Source: Candidatus Thorarchaeota archaeon
Lineage (GTDB): Archaea; Asgardarchaeota; Thorarchaeia; Thorarchaeales; Thorarchaeaceae
Direction: 5' to 3'
DNA length: 15,271 nt
Assembly (NCBI GenBank): GCA_029858305.1
Contig: JAOUFI010000052.1
Coordinates: 1-15,271 of the forward strand
Positions 7,836-15,271 of the stretch are shown in pieces. The notes below the pieces were generated by a model that was not told the DNA's origin, ran no database searches, and saw only the letters and a list, made by a program, of their open reading frames with translations. Each line of letters begins with the position of its first letter. Positions within the stretch are counted from its first letter, which is position 1. The position numbers and the translations under genes are program-made.

Positions 7836-8435
7836 ATGACTCGTCCTCAACAACGTAACAAGGCCGCAAAGATTGAAGCTATTCTTCAGACTGCCATGAT
7901 ACTCTTCAGAACACGAGGGTATCCTGCCACCACAACCAACCAGATAGCAGCAGAGGCAGGAGTGAGTATCGGTCTTCTCTATAAGTACTTCCCGGGCGGC
8001 AAACCTGAGATCGCCAGAAGAACTGTTGAAAATATCGGAGAGGTGATCGTTTCAGAGGAGTTTAGTGATGTGACAATCGAAGATGCTTCAGTTGTTCTAC
8101 GTAGGGCATTGCTTAGGTTCATCAAAGGGCACAGACAGATTTCACCAAACCTTGCTGCCTTTGAAATAGCTTCCTTTGAAGATCCTAAAACTGAAGAGAT
8201 GGGAAATCAACTATATACGATTGGTCAAGAGCCGATATTGATGGTACTAGAGAAACTTACTGGACAAAAGAGGACTGGTAATCTTGAGAAATGGGCTAAC
8301 GTTATCTTTCATGTGATTGATTCTGTTACCCACAGGCATGTATTACATGGGGGACTAATGATGTCTGATGAGATGTTGGCAGATTTTCTAGTCCAAATCA
8401 TAGTAAGAAGCATCCCGGCGGTAATAGGAGAATGA
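7836..8435 (+). CDS. TetR/AcrR family transcriptional regulator
   Basis: N-terminal HTH signature ILQTAMILFRTRGYPATTTNQIAAEAGVSIGLLYKYFPGGK; 199 aa. Confidence 0.95.
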   Translation: MTRPQQRNKAAKIEAILQTAMILFRTRGYPATTTNQIAAEAGVSIGLLYKYFPGGKPEIARRTVENIGEVIVSEEFSDVTIEDASVVLRRALLRFIKGHRQISPNLAAFEIASFEDPKTEEMGNQLYTIGQEPILMVLEKLTGQKRTGNLEKWANVIFHVIDSVTHRHVLHGGLMMSDEMLADFLVQIIVRSIPAVIGE

Positions 8436-8511
8436 ATCCCCTGAGAAACGAACACGTGAAACGAGTGCAATATGTTGAAAATGCACTGACAGGGACTTAT
8501 TCATAGAAAAA

Positions 8512-8820
8512 CTACTTCACAGGTGCCTTTCTATCGACACGCAATTTCTTATCCTCTTCATACTTCTCGATGAATTTCTGCTGGATATTAAAGTAGCTCG
8601 CCTCATAGACCTGATAGTTGTTATCCGAATCAAATCCCCACCCATCCCAATCAACAATCAACTGCATTATTTTGTCATATATCTCTATAATCTCAGGATA
8701 TGGGCACCGTATGTCTAGATTCCCATCTTGAATTGCATCTTCGTACTCTTTTGCCATTTTTTGAGCTCTTTCATGCAGAACATTGATTTCGTCGAAGGGA
8801 TCAGGTTTCGTTCCATTCAT
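8512..8820 (-). CDS. Small acidic helical hypothetical protein
   Basis: 102-aa ORF filling the gap between tetR and the aldo/keto reductase. No recognised motif. Confidence 0.6.
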   Translation of the reverse strand: MNGTKPDPFDEINVLHERAQKMAKEYEDAIQDGNLDIRCPYPEIIEIYDKIMQLIVDWDGWGFDSDNNYQVYEASYFNIQQKFIEKYEEDKKLRVDRKAPVK

Positions 8821-8899
8821 CTTTGTTCAGTACCAGCTAATTCTCTAACTACTCATTAGTCACATCTGGGTAGCTAATAGTCTTTCAAAATCAATAATG

Positions 8900-9778
8900 T
8901 CATTTATAGTCACTTGTACTAGATGCTATTGTCTTCATATCAAACTCATCAACCATAGCATGCATTTCTGCATTAGAAGGGGTTTTATCATAACGAAGGG
9001 CAGCATCCAACATCTTGGGTAAAAGCCGAATGTCGCCTGCTGTAATCAGAAAACTATCCTTAAGACTCAATGACCAATGGACCGACTTGTCAATCGCATT
9101 TTGATTCTCTAATGGTTCATAGAAGTAGGTGTTGTAAGTCGGTGGACGTTGACCCCAGGGCTGCCGAACAATGGACTGTATAGTCTGCACTGCTACCCTA
9201 CGCTTGCGGCAAAGCTCCACTAAATCATTGAAGTATGCCGCGTAACGAGATTTCTGCATCTGCAAATAGTTGTATGGTAGCATGACTGAATCGAATTCAA
9301 ATCGTTCCAAACTTTGTTTGTGCATTGCTGGTACGTTATCACCATGGCCTGTCACTCCTAGAAATCGTACTAGACCCTTGTCACGTGCTTCAATAAAGGC
9401 CTCCAAAGCCCCTCCGGGACCCATCACTCTTTGCCAACCTACTGGATTAGTCAACCCATGCATCTGCCAAAGGTCAATATAATCAACTCCCATGATGCTC
9501 AAAGATTTCTCCAAATCATCCTTTGCTCCTTCGTATGATCGCTTGCGCGACTTTGTTGCAAGGAAAAAATCACCACGATGTTTTTTCATCCACAATCCAA
9601 TGCATTTCTCAGCATTTCCGTACATGGGAGCTGTATCAATATGATTCACACCATATTTCAGCAATATTTTAAGAACATGATCTGCTTCAGTCTGTGTCGC
9701 GTTATTCAATGCATACGACCCAAAGATAACACGCGTGCTAGCATGTTTCGTACGACCAAAAGAGTTTAGGGGTATCAT
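8900..9778 (-). CDS. Aldo/keto reductase
   Basis: GVNHIDTAPMYG (catalytic Asp/Tyr), FLATK (Lys), DYIDLWQMH (His) and GLVRFLGVTGH. GGAGG upstream on the minus strand. Confidence 0.95.
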   Translation of the reverse strand: MIPLNSFGRTKHASTRVIFGSYALNNATQTEADHVLKILLKYGVNHIDTAPMYGNAEKCIGLWMKKHRGDFFLATKSRKRSYEGAKDDLEKSLSIMGVDYIDLWQMHGLTNPVGWQRVMGPGGALEAFIEARDKGLVRFLGVTGHGDNVPAMHKQSLERFEFDSVMLPYNYLQMQKSRYAAYFNDLVELCRKRRVAVQTIQSIVRQPWGQRPPTYNTYFYEPLENQNAIDKSVHWSLSLKDSFLITAGDIRLLPKMLDAALRYDKTPSNAEMHAMVDEFDMKTIASSTSDYK

Positions 9779-9917
9779 CTATCACTGCCTCCATGACCTA
9801 TGAGCGGCCTGTGCGATATGTACAGCCTATTAATTATGGGTGTTTCACTCGAAGCAATCGAGTGCGAGAAGTACATGAAAAGCGGATTTTTTCAGAAACA
9901 ACAACACTGAACTTGAT

Positions 9918-10619
9918 CTACTCTGGAATATCAACAAGTGGTTGCAGGCTCGAATCAGGATTTCTGCAGGTATAGGTCATGTTTAAGCTGGAATCAAGAG
10001 GATCATACTCGACAATCTTATCGTCAAGATTCTTGATTCTCCGGCAGATGCCAATAACATCATGCGGTTCGAAACCAAGTGTTTCAGCTACCAAAAGTAA
10101 GTCGGTTCTGTGTCGTTTCCTAACAATATCCCTTACAAGTTGCTCCCAACGCGTCTTGAACGACAATCGAAGGCTTGACAAAGCAACGAAATCAAGTAAC
10201 CAAGTATTTGCAGGGTTCCCAAGGGGGGTCGGTTCACCATCTCGTTTCCCATTTAGAGTAGGCATCTTGACTTTTCGAGACGCCCTGATACCTGCGACGA
10301 ATCCACTTGTTCCAGAAATTTTGGCATACCAATCGGGGTCCCGAGTCTGATGTGCACTGCTATCAATACTTAGATAACCTTCATCCTTCCAGAATGGCAC
10401 TGAAAACTCAGGATCCTCCTTCCATCGTTCCCATTTGACATAACGAGACTCGTCAAGATTTCGCATTCTCTCCCGTGCTTTTTCCGCATCTGGAACGAGT
10501 ATACTGTTTGAAAGTCCAATAAGTAACCTTTCAGCAATGCCTTCCTTTCCCGATAGAAGCTCTTCCTCTGCCTTCTTCAAAGCACCCTCCGCTCGCCTAA
10601 TGACGTCAGGATAGCTCAT
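9918..10619 (-). CDS. Hypothetical protein, possibly with a C-terminal winged-helix-like region
   Basis: Long ORF open to 10640; ATG 10619 follows GGTGGTG. The C-terminal segment TDLLLVAETLGFEPHDVIGICRRI is HTH-like (weak inference). Confidence 0.65.
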   Translation of the reverse strand: MSYPDVIRRAEGALKKAEEELLSGKEGIAERLLIGLSNSILVPDAEKARERMRNLDESRYVKWERWKEDPEFSVPFWKDEGYLSIDSSAHQTRDPDWYAKISGTSGFVAGIRASRKVKMPTLNGKRDGEPTPLGNPANTWLLDFVALSSLRLSFKTRWEQLVRDIVRKRHRTDLLLVAETLGFEPHDVIGICRRIKNLDDKIVEYDPLDSSLNMTYTCRNPDSSLQPLVDIPE

Positions 10620-10748
10620 AGACACCACCGCCAAAAACATCTAATGATACATCTCCGGAGGACCAAATAAGATTGGTGCTACTCCCCTAAGACAGTAAGA
10701 TTGGGAAATGGGTACTTATCAGAAGCTTATCGTGAAACACCATAAGAA

Positions 10749-11621
10749 TTATAGCATTCTTTCAAGCAAAGTCAGAGCCCACTCCTCATCTTCATTTTCA
10801 TCCAGCTGAACCCAGTCTAGATTGTGCATAGTTTCTACATAATCTGTTTCGAAGGCCACGAAGATAGAGGTACATCCACTCTTCGAGGCTATGTCTATAT
10901 GATACGACAGATGATCTAGGAACCCTGTCCTATCAGAAGCGTAGATTGTGAAAGACCATTGCATCCCAGAACTGACATCACGGGCGAATCCCAATGAGAA
11001 CGATGTGAGCTTACCAGCACGCGTCTGAACCCAAAACCGTGCAGTCGAACCTATTTTGTTAAGACCCTTTGGCGTGACATCGAATGCCTTCCAGTCGTGG
11101 ATGAGGATGTTGAATGGAATCAAGTTGGCATCAATTAGATCTTGACACACCTCATCCGCAGAAACCTCAAGTAGTGGGAAACCTCTCATCCGCCAAGAGA
11201 TTTCAGATGGGTTCTCCTGCCAATGAACAGCAAGGTCGAATTTTCTCTTCATTCCTACTACTTCAGCAAGATGCAATGATGTTTCATTACCTACTGAAGT
11301 TGTATATCGAATGCACTTTACTGGAATGCTCTTTGCAAGCTGAACAACATACTGGGTCAGGCTAGTTGCAAGTCCCTTTCCTCGATGATTTGGATGTACT
11401 CGAAGAGCCTCCATCCATCCAGTTTTTCCATCATCGATTACTCGTAGATTAGCTAGGGCAATAATATGACCGTCATACTCAACACCCACAGGATAGGAGT
11501 TCTTGTCTTTCAGCCAAGTGTCAAAATAGTAGGGGATATAGTCATGTCCCTCCCATGTGTGCCGTGCAATTTCAAGAATGTCATCCTTATCTGATTCTCT
11601 AAGCGGTCGTATATCGTTCAT
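10749..11621 (-). CDS. GNAT family N-acetyltransferase with a C-terminal extension
   Basis: N-terminal IRPLRESD and the acetyl-CoA motif A LRVHPNHRGKGLAT. Start placed at ATG 11621 (ORF open to 11705). Confidence 0.9.
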   Translation of the reverse strand: MNDIRPLRESDKDDILEIARHTWEGHDYIPYYFDTWLKDKNSYPVGVEYDGHIIALANLRVIDDGKTGWMEALRVHPNHRGKGLATSLTQYVVQLAKSIPVKCIRYTTSVGNETSLHLAEVVGMKRKFDLAVHWQENPSEISWRMRGFPLLEVSADEVCQDLIDANLIPFNILIHDWKAFDVTPKGLNKIGSTARFWVQTRAGKLTSFSLGFARDVSSGMQWSFTIYASDRTGFLDHLSYHIDIASKSGCTSIFVAFETDYVETMHNLDWVQLDENEDEEWALTLLERML

Positions 11622-11720
11622 TCGGAAGACCTGGATGAAGGATATTTCTTTCAGAGATTTGAAGTAAGTGATACGAACCCAAAAGTCTGCGTCCCTAGAG
11701 CTCAAACTTAATTTTTCATA

Positions 11721-12092
11721 CTAATCCCCTGTAGGAGTCACATCCTTTCCCTCAACCATCAAGATTGCAGTGCGTACCGGAGCTCTTGTACGATGGGATA
11801 GTCCTAGTGGCACTAGGAACCCTTGCCCAGGCTTCAAATCTACCGTTCTGTCCCCTAAATCGATGTGTAATAGACCAGCAATGACATAGAAGAACTCATC
11901 CTCGTGGTCATGCTTGTGCCAATGAAATTCACCGTGTATTACTCCTAATCGGATTACGCAGTTGTTTACCTCACAGAGGGAGAAGTTCTGCCAGTCCTTT
12001 TGACATTCTTCAATCAATCTGGGGATATCTATCAGCTCGAGAGCCTCAAATTTGATATCGGTATCAATTGAATAGCGATTCTGGTTATCCAT
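11721..12092 (-). CDS. Cupin domain protein
   Basis: Cupin motif 1 GEFHWHKHDHEDEFFYVIAG and motif 2 PGQGFLVPLGLSHRT. Confidence 0.92.
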   Translation of the reverse strand: MDNQNRYSIDTDIKFEALELIDIPRLIEECQKDWQNFSLCEVNNCVIRLGVIHGEFHWHKHDHEDEFFYVIAGLLHIDLGDRTVDLKPGQGFLVPLGLSHRTRAPVRTAILMVEGKDVTPTGD

Positions 12093-12115
12093 TTTGAAGA
12101 CTCCTATATTATGAA

Positions 12116-12565
12116 TTACTTCTTTCGTAGACGCAAGAGGCGAGGTCCGTATTTTGCCGCGACCAGAATGATGACGAGGACAATGATTGCTCCAGTAATT
12201 AAGGTACCCACACCTTCGGCAATAAATACGACCTGAGTACTGGTCCGATGCACTACTCCAAGATTGTCGATTCCTACTAATGTGATATTAGTTGGTCCTC
12301 CAAGATATTCTCCGGTATTGAACAGCCAACTGACACTATTACCAGTGACGAAGTGGACCTCATTCTCATTGAAGTAAACAGTCAGGTTCTGGATTGAATC
12401 CGGGCCATTCCCCTCTAGTAGAAAGCTCCCACTGATATAATTACCAAACGCCATTCCAAAGGACCGATTGATGGAGAGCGAGAGCGTGTCTTGTGCAAGC
12501 ACATTCATTGGTATGAGAGATGAAAGTGTAATTCCAATCAATATGGTAAGAGCAACTCTCCGCAT
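12116..12565 (-). CDS. Small secreted, membrane-anchored protein with a beta-rich (Ig-like?) domain
   Basis: Signal peptide MRRVALTILIG...VLA, a beta-strand-rich middle, a C-terminal TM helix and basic tail. Start uncertain (12565 or 12595). Confidence 0.7.
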   Translation of the reverse strand: MRRVALTILIGITLSSLIPMNVLAQDTLSLSINRSFGMAFGNYISGSFLLEGNGPDSIQNLTVYFNENEVHFVTGNSVSWLFNTGEYLGGPTNITLVGIDNLGVVHRTSTQVVFIAEGVGTLITGAIIVLVIILVAAKYGPRLLRLRKK

Positions 12566-12670
12566 CACGTGCAAGTTCTTGGAGTGTGCTATCACGTCAA
12601 TAGATACCTCAACACCCCGCTCAGAATGAGTGATAGAAAAATTGTGTGGTGTGAGTTTGATTGAATCGGA

Positions 12671-12946
12671 TTATTTTTCGATAGGTTTTCGAGAGATTTT
12701 GTAGACGACTTGATGATTATAGTCACTGCAACCGACTGTCATGTAATCACTTCCATCCTCAGACTCCGTAAAGCTACCTCCTGACTCCATCACCATTATC
12801 CATGGGTAGAGAATATGGAATGAGCTTGGGCACATCTTGCCTCGATCTTCTGGATAATCGTAGGTGTCGCCAATTTTTTGCCCCATCGAACACTTGCCCT
12901 GATTCAGAATATCGATTACCTCAATTCTTACTTTATATCTTGCCAT
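12671..12946 (-). CDS. TIGR04076-like small Cys-containing protein
   Basis: Pattern YKVRIEV...GKCSMGQKIGD...MCP...GCSD...VVYKISR. Start MARYK at 12946 (ORF open to 12958). Confidence 0.75.
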   Translation of the reverse strand: MARYKVRIEVIDILNQGKCSMGQKIGDTYDYPEDRGKMCPSSFHILYPWIMVMESGGSFTESEDGSDYMTVGCSDYNHQVVYKISRKPIEK

Positions 12947-13057
12947 TAGTTCCACCAACAGAATATTGGCTGTAACAGCAATCTAGTATTAGAAACAACT
13001 TTTCCAAGCAATACTCAGACAAGCAATACTGAAAACGGACGAGTACAAGCTGCAGGC

Positions 13058-13666
13058 ATGGCCTCCAATAAATCTGACCATGTATCAATGGCCGTCTGGT
13101 GTACGTTAATACCACCTGAAGAATTAGATAGATTCTCTAAGAACGAGGATGGCCTACGAAGTGTGAGTGAAGCGTATGAGGATTGGTTAGTGTCCATGAG
13201 GGGAAAGTCCTTCGTTGGAGCGGATGTGGGCATAATGTTGGATCGGATTCGTATTCTTATGATAAACATAGGAATAGCTTGTGCGACTAATCGTGAATTA
13301 GCTGAAGAGGTACAAGAGGTTGTTTCCGACCATCTACGAAGACGGAGTCTTTCAATGGTGGATAGACTTCCAAATGATACTATTGAGAAAGTTGCTGTCA
13401 AAGAAACATTAGCAATATTCTTCCGTGACCTCAAATTCACACGGGACATATTTCCCGAGGAGGATGTAAAGGGGATTATCCCTGTAAAGGTGTCCATTAC
13501 GCCAGATTCTTCCAAGGGTCATCTTGGTCGGCTTGTGGGGTCAAAATCAAAAACAGCTAATGTTGAGAAGGGGCAAGTACTCAAAGCAGCATTGCTAGAG
13601 AGCTCAAATGTCCTGAAAAAGCTCTATATGCGCCTTCTTAGTCCAGATCCCTGGGGAACATACTAG
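13058..13666 (+). CDS. Hypothetical alpha-helical protein
   Basis: 202-aa ORF with protein-like composition, divergent from the upstream gene and convergent with the phosphoesterase. No recognised family. Confidence 0.75.
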   Translation: MASNKSDHVSMAVWCTLIPPEELDRFSKNEDGLRSVSEAYEDWLVSMRGKSFVGADVGIMLDRIRILMINIGIACATNRELAEEVQEVVSDHLRRRSLSMVDRLPNDTIEKVAVKETLAIFFRDLKFTRDIFPEEDVKGIIPVKVSITPDSSKGHLGRLVGSKSKTANVEKGQVLKAALLESSNVLKKLYMRLLSPDPWGTY

Positions 13667-13687
13667 GATGGTCGTCGGCGAGTATAC

Positions 13688-14266
13688 TCAGGATATTCTT
13701 TTGATTCTCTCTTTTTGCTTCTGATACTCAACTTCAGTTCTTTTCACAACCCGCCAATCAGTAGAATGAAGGATCACACACATTTGGTTATCATTCACAA
13801 TTAGCTCGATGAAGCTTGCATTTGTACGACCACCTGCGCCTCCTGTTGCACCTGTTATTGTTCCCGGATTAAGAAAGAGTCTGTCTTTATAGAGGTCAAT
13901 AGTAGCTTGGTGAGTGTGCCCATGGATTGCTATATCCCCTCCGATGTGCTGGAGAATCTCCCAGAGTTGTTCTATATTCCCACGGGGACTGAGTTGCGTT
14001 CCATGTAGTAGAAGGATATTGAAGCTGTCGACTTGTACCTGCTCGTGAAAATTGTATGAACTTCCAAAATCCATATTTCCTGTGACAATAAAACATCTTG
14101 GGAGAGGAGGAAGAGCTGCTCTCATGTCTGACTCTCGTACAAGGTCGCCAGTGATGAGAGCCATATCATATTGGGAGTCATTGATGTATTGATAGAAGTC
14201 ATCAGGTATTGCATCTCTACGGGAAGGAATGTGCATGTCCCCAAGGACAAGAACTCTGTATGGCAT
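13688..14266 (-). CDS. Metallophosphoesterase, YfcE/MJ0936/Vps29 family
   Basis: Motifs GDMH, GD, GNMD, HG, GHTH and NPG. Its start overlaps the upstream stop (TGATG). Confidence 0.92.
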   Translation of the reverse strand: MPYRVLVLGDMHIPSRRDAIPDDFYQYINDSQYDMALITGDLVRESDMRAALPPLPRCFIVTGNMDFGSSYNFHEQVQVDSFNILLLHGTQLSPRGNIEQLWEILQHIGGDIAIHGHTHQATIDLYKDRLFLNPGTITGATGGAGGRTNASFIELIVNDNQMCVILHSTDWRVVKRTEVEYQKQKERIKRIS

Positions 14267-15271
14267 CAGTCTCTTACTCTGTTAAGGTTCTCCAAAATCT
14301 TTTCGTAGACTGCCTTCTTAGGGCCTTTTGTCAGTTTGGAAAGTCTTTCAACGATGAGTTCTGGCGTACTTCTTGCCAACGCGCCAAAGCGTGGAGTTCT
14401 ATCTACAACAAGCTCGAGGTTTTCATCGAGACCACGGGCTTCAATCCCGTCTATCCTAAGGGGTACTGATGTGACCTCTTGAATCTCTCGTGCCAGATGG
14501 CTACAGATTACTGTCGAGGTCTTGGGATCACTCTGAAGAATCTCGATTAGACCAGCGATGACATTAGCTGCACTGCCAGGTTCTGTTATTGCTTCGATTT
14601 CATCAAAGAGAGCTAATTTCGACTTCTCTGAAACGACTATCTCTGCAAACTGTTTCAATGTGGTTTCAAACGCTCCAGCACTGACCATCCCTCGGCTCTT
14701 ATAGAAGAAATAGAGCTCTTCAAACACTGGCAGATATGCTTGTTGTGCAGGTACAGGAAAACCTGATTGGGCCATGGTGACGATCTGGGCAAGCGTCTGA
14801 ATTGTTGTAGTTTTTCCACCACTATTCGCACCAGAGAGCAATGCGCAGTTCTCACCATTTGTTCCTGCAGGTTGGAATGGTGTCTTCCCAATAGAATAAT
14901 CGATGGGCTGGACTTTCCTATGCTTTCCTTTCAGGTAACTCTCAACTAGGAATATATTGCTAGCACCTTGAACTCCAACACCTGTGTATTCTAGTGAGAT
15001 TTTTGGAGTCACCAGCTCATAGTCATGGGCAAATAGACCAACGGCAAGAAAGAGGTCAAACTCAAGAAGAGTTTGAACTGCGTTCATGACCTCATCACGC
15101 GTTTTGTCGAGCTCGTTTGCAATCTTTTTAATCATGTTAAACTGCTTGTCTGCAAAAAGCCGGCGCAGTCGGTCCTCAAGATCATTGATTTGTGTCGCGA
15201 CCAATTTAACTGGGAGAGAGATCTCCTCACTGATTATACCAGTTACCCAATCAGCCTCACGAGCTGTAAGA
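14266..15271 (-). CDS. Archaeal MutS-related (MutS5-type) ATPase, C-terminal part; 5' end lies outside the window
   Basis: Walker A SGANSGGKTT, MAQSGFPVPA, SAGAFE, Walker B LFDEIEAITEPG and CSH. The frame stays open from 15204 to the window edge (LTAREADWVTGIISEEISLPVK). Confidence 0.88.
   Translation of the reverse strand, partial: LTAREADWVTGIISEEISLPVKLVATQINDLEDRLRRLFADKQFNMIKKIANELDKTRDEVMNAVQTLLEFDLFLAVGLFAHDYELVTPKISLEYTGVGVQGASNIFLVESYLKGKHRKVQPIDYSIGKTPFQPAGTNGENCALLSGANSGGKTTTIQTLAQIVTMAQSGFPVPAQQAYLPVFEELYFFYKSRGMVSAGAFETTLKQFAEIVVSEKSKLALFDEIEAITEPGSAANVIAGLIEILQSDPKTSTVICSHLAREIQEVTSVPLRIDGIEARGLDENLELVVDRTPRFGALARSTPELIVERLSKLTKGPKKAVYEKILENLNRVRD

Noticed and set aside
8413-8421. 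TCCCGGCGG partial core match near the tetR 3' end
   Set aside because: Only 9 nt, coding, and lacking CGCCA and a tail.
13015-13515. 166-aa minus-strand ORF, and the other short ORFs overlapping the called genes
   Set aside because: These are antisense or alternate-frame shadows of better supported CDSs and carry no motifs.
13667-13685. Minus-strand ATACTCGCCGACGACCATC between convergent genes, loosely like the core
   Set aside because: Opposite orientation, requires indels, and lies among core-like genes; probably chance.
1-15271. Intact tRNA, rRNA, integrase or transposase gene
   Set aside because: None recognised. The repeats lack the upstream GGTTC and the rest of a cloverleaf, and no ORF shows tyrosine/serine recombinase or DDE motifs that I can identify.

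Overview
Archaeal genomic DNA, most likely Asgard (Thorarchaeota-like). This is inferred from two paralogous membrane-anchored NosD-type beta-helix proteins, a Vps29-like metallophosphoesterase and an archaeal MutS5-type ATPase. The right end (~10.7-15.3 kb) looks like ordinary chromosome and the left ~10 kb looks accessory. The main signal is four GC-rich direct repeats, consensus (A/T)CT(A/C)CCG(G/A)CGGCGCCA, at 11, 1501, 3376 and 5914. All are intergenic and all lie on the + strand, and they cut the first 6 kb into 1.5-2.5 kb units of one or two genes in either orientation. The core reads like the last 16 nt of a tRNA. The copies show all four combinations of two left-half and two right-tail variants, as expected if recombination occurred inside the core. 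This suggests a tRNA-anchored, integron-like gene-cassette array with no integrase in the window. Other observations: an ORF split by an in-frame TGA, a divergent hydrolase/TetR pair with two clear operators, and an imperfect inverted repeat bracketing that pair.
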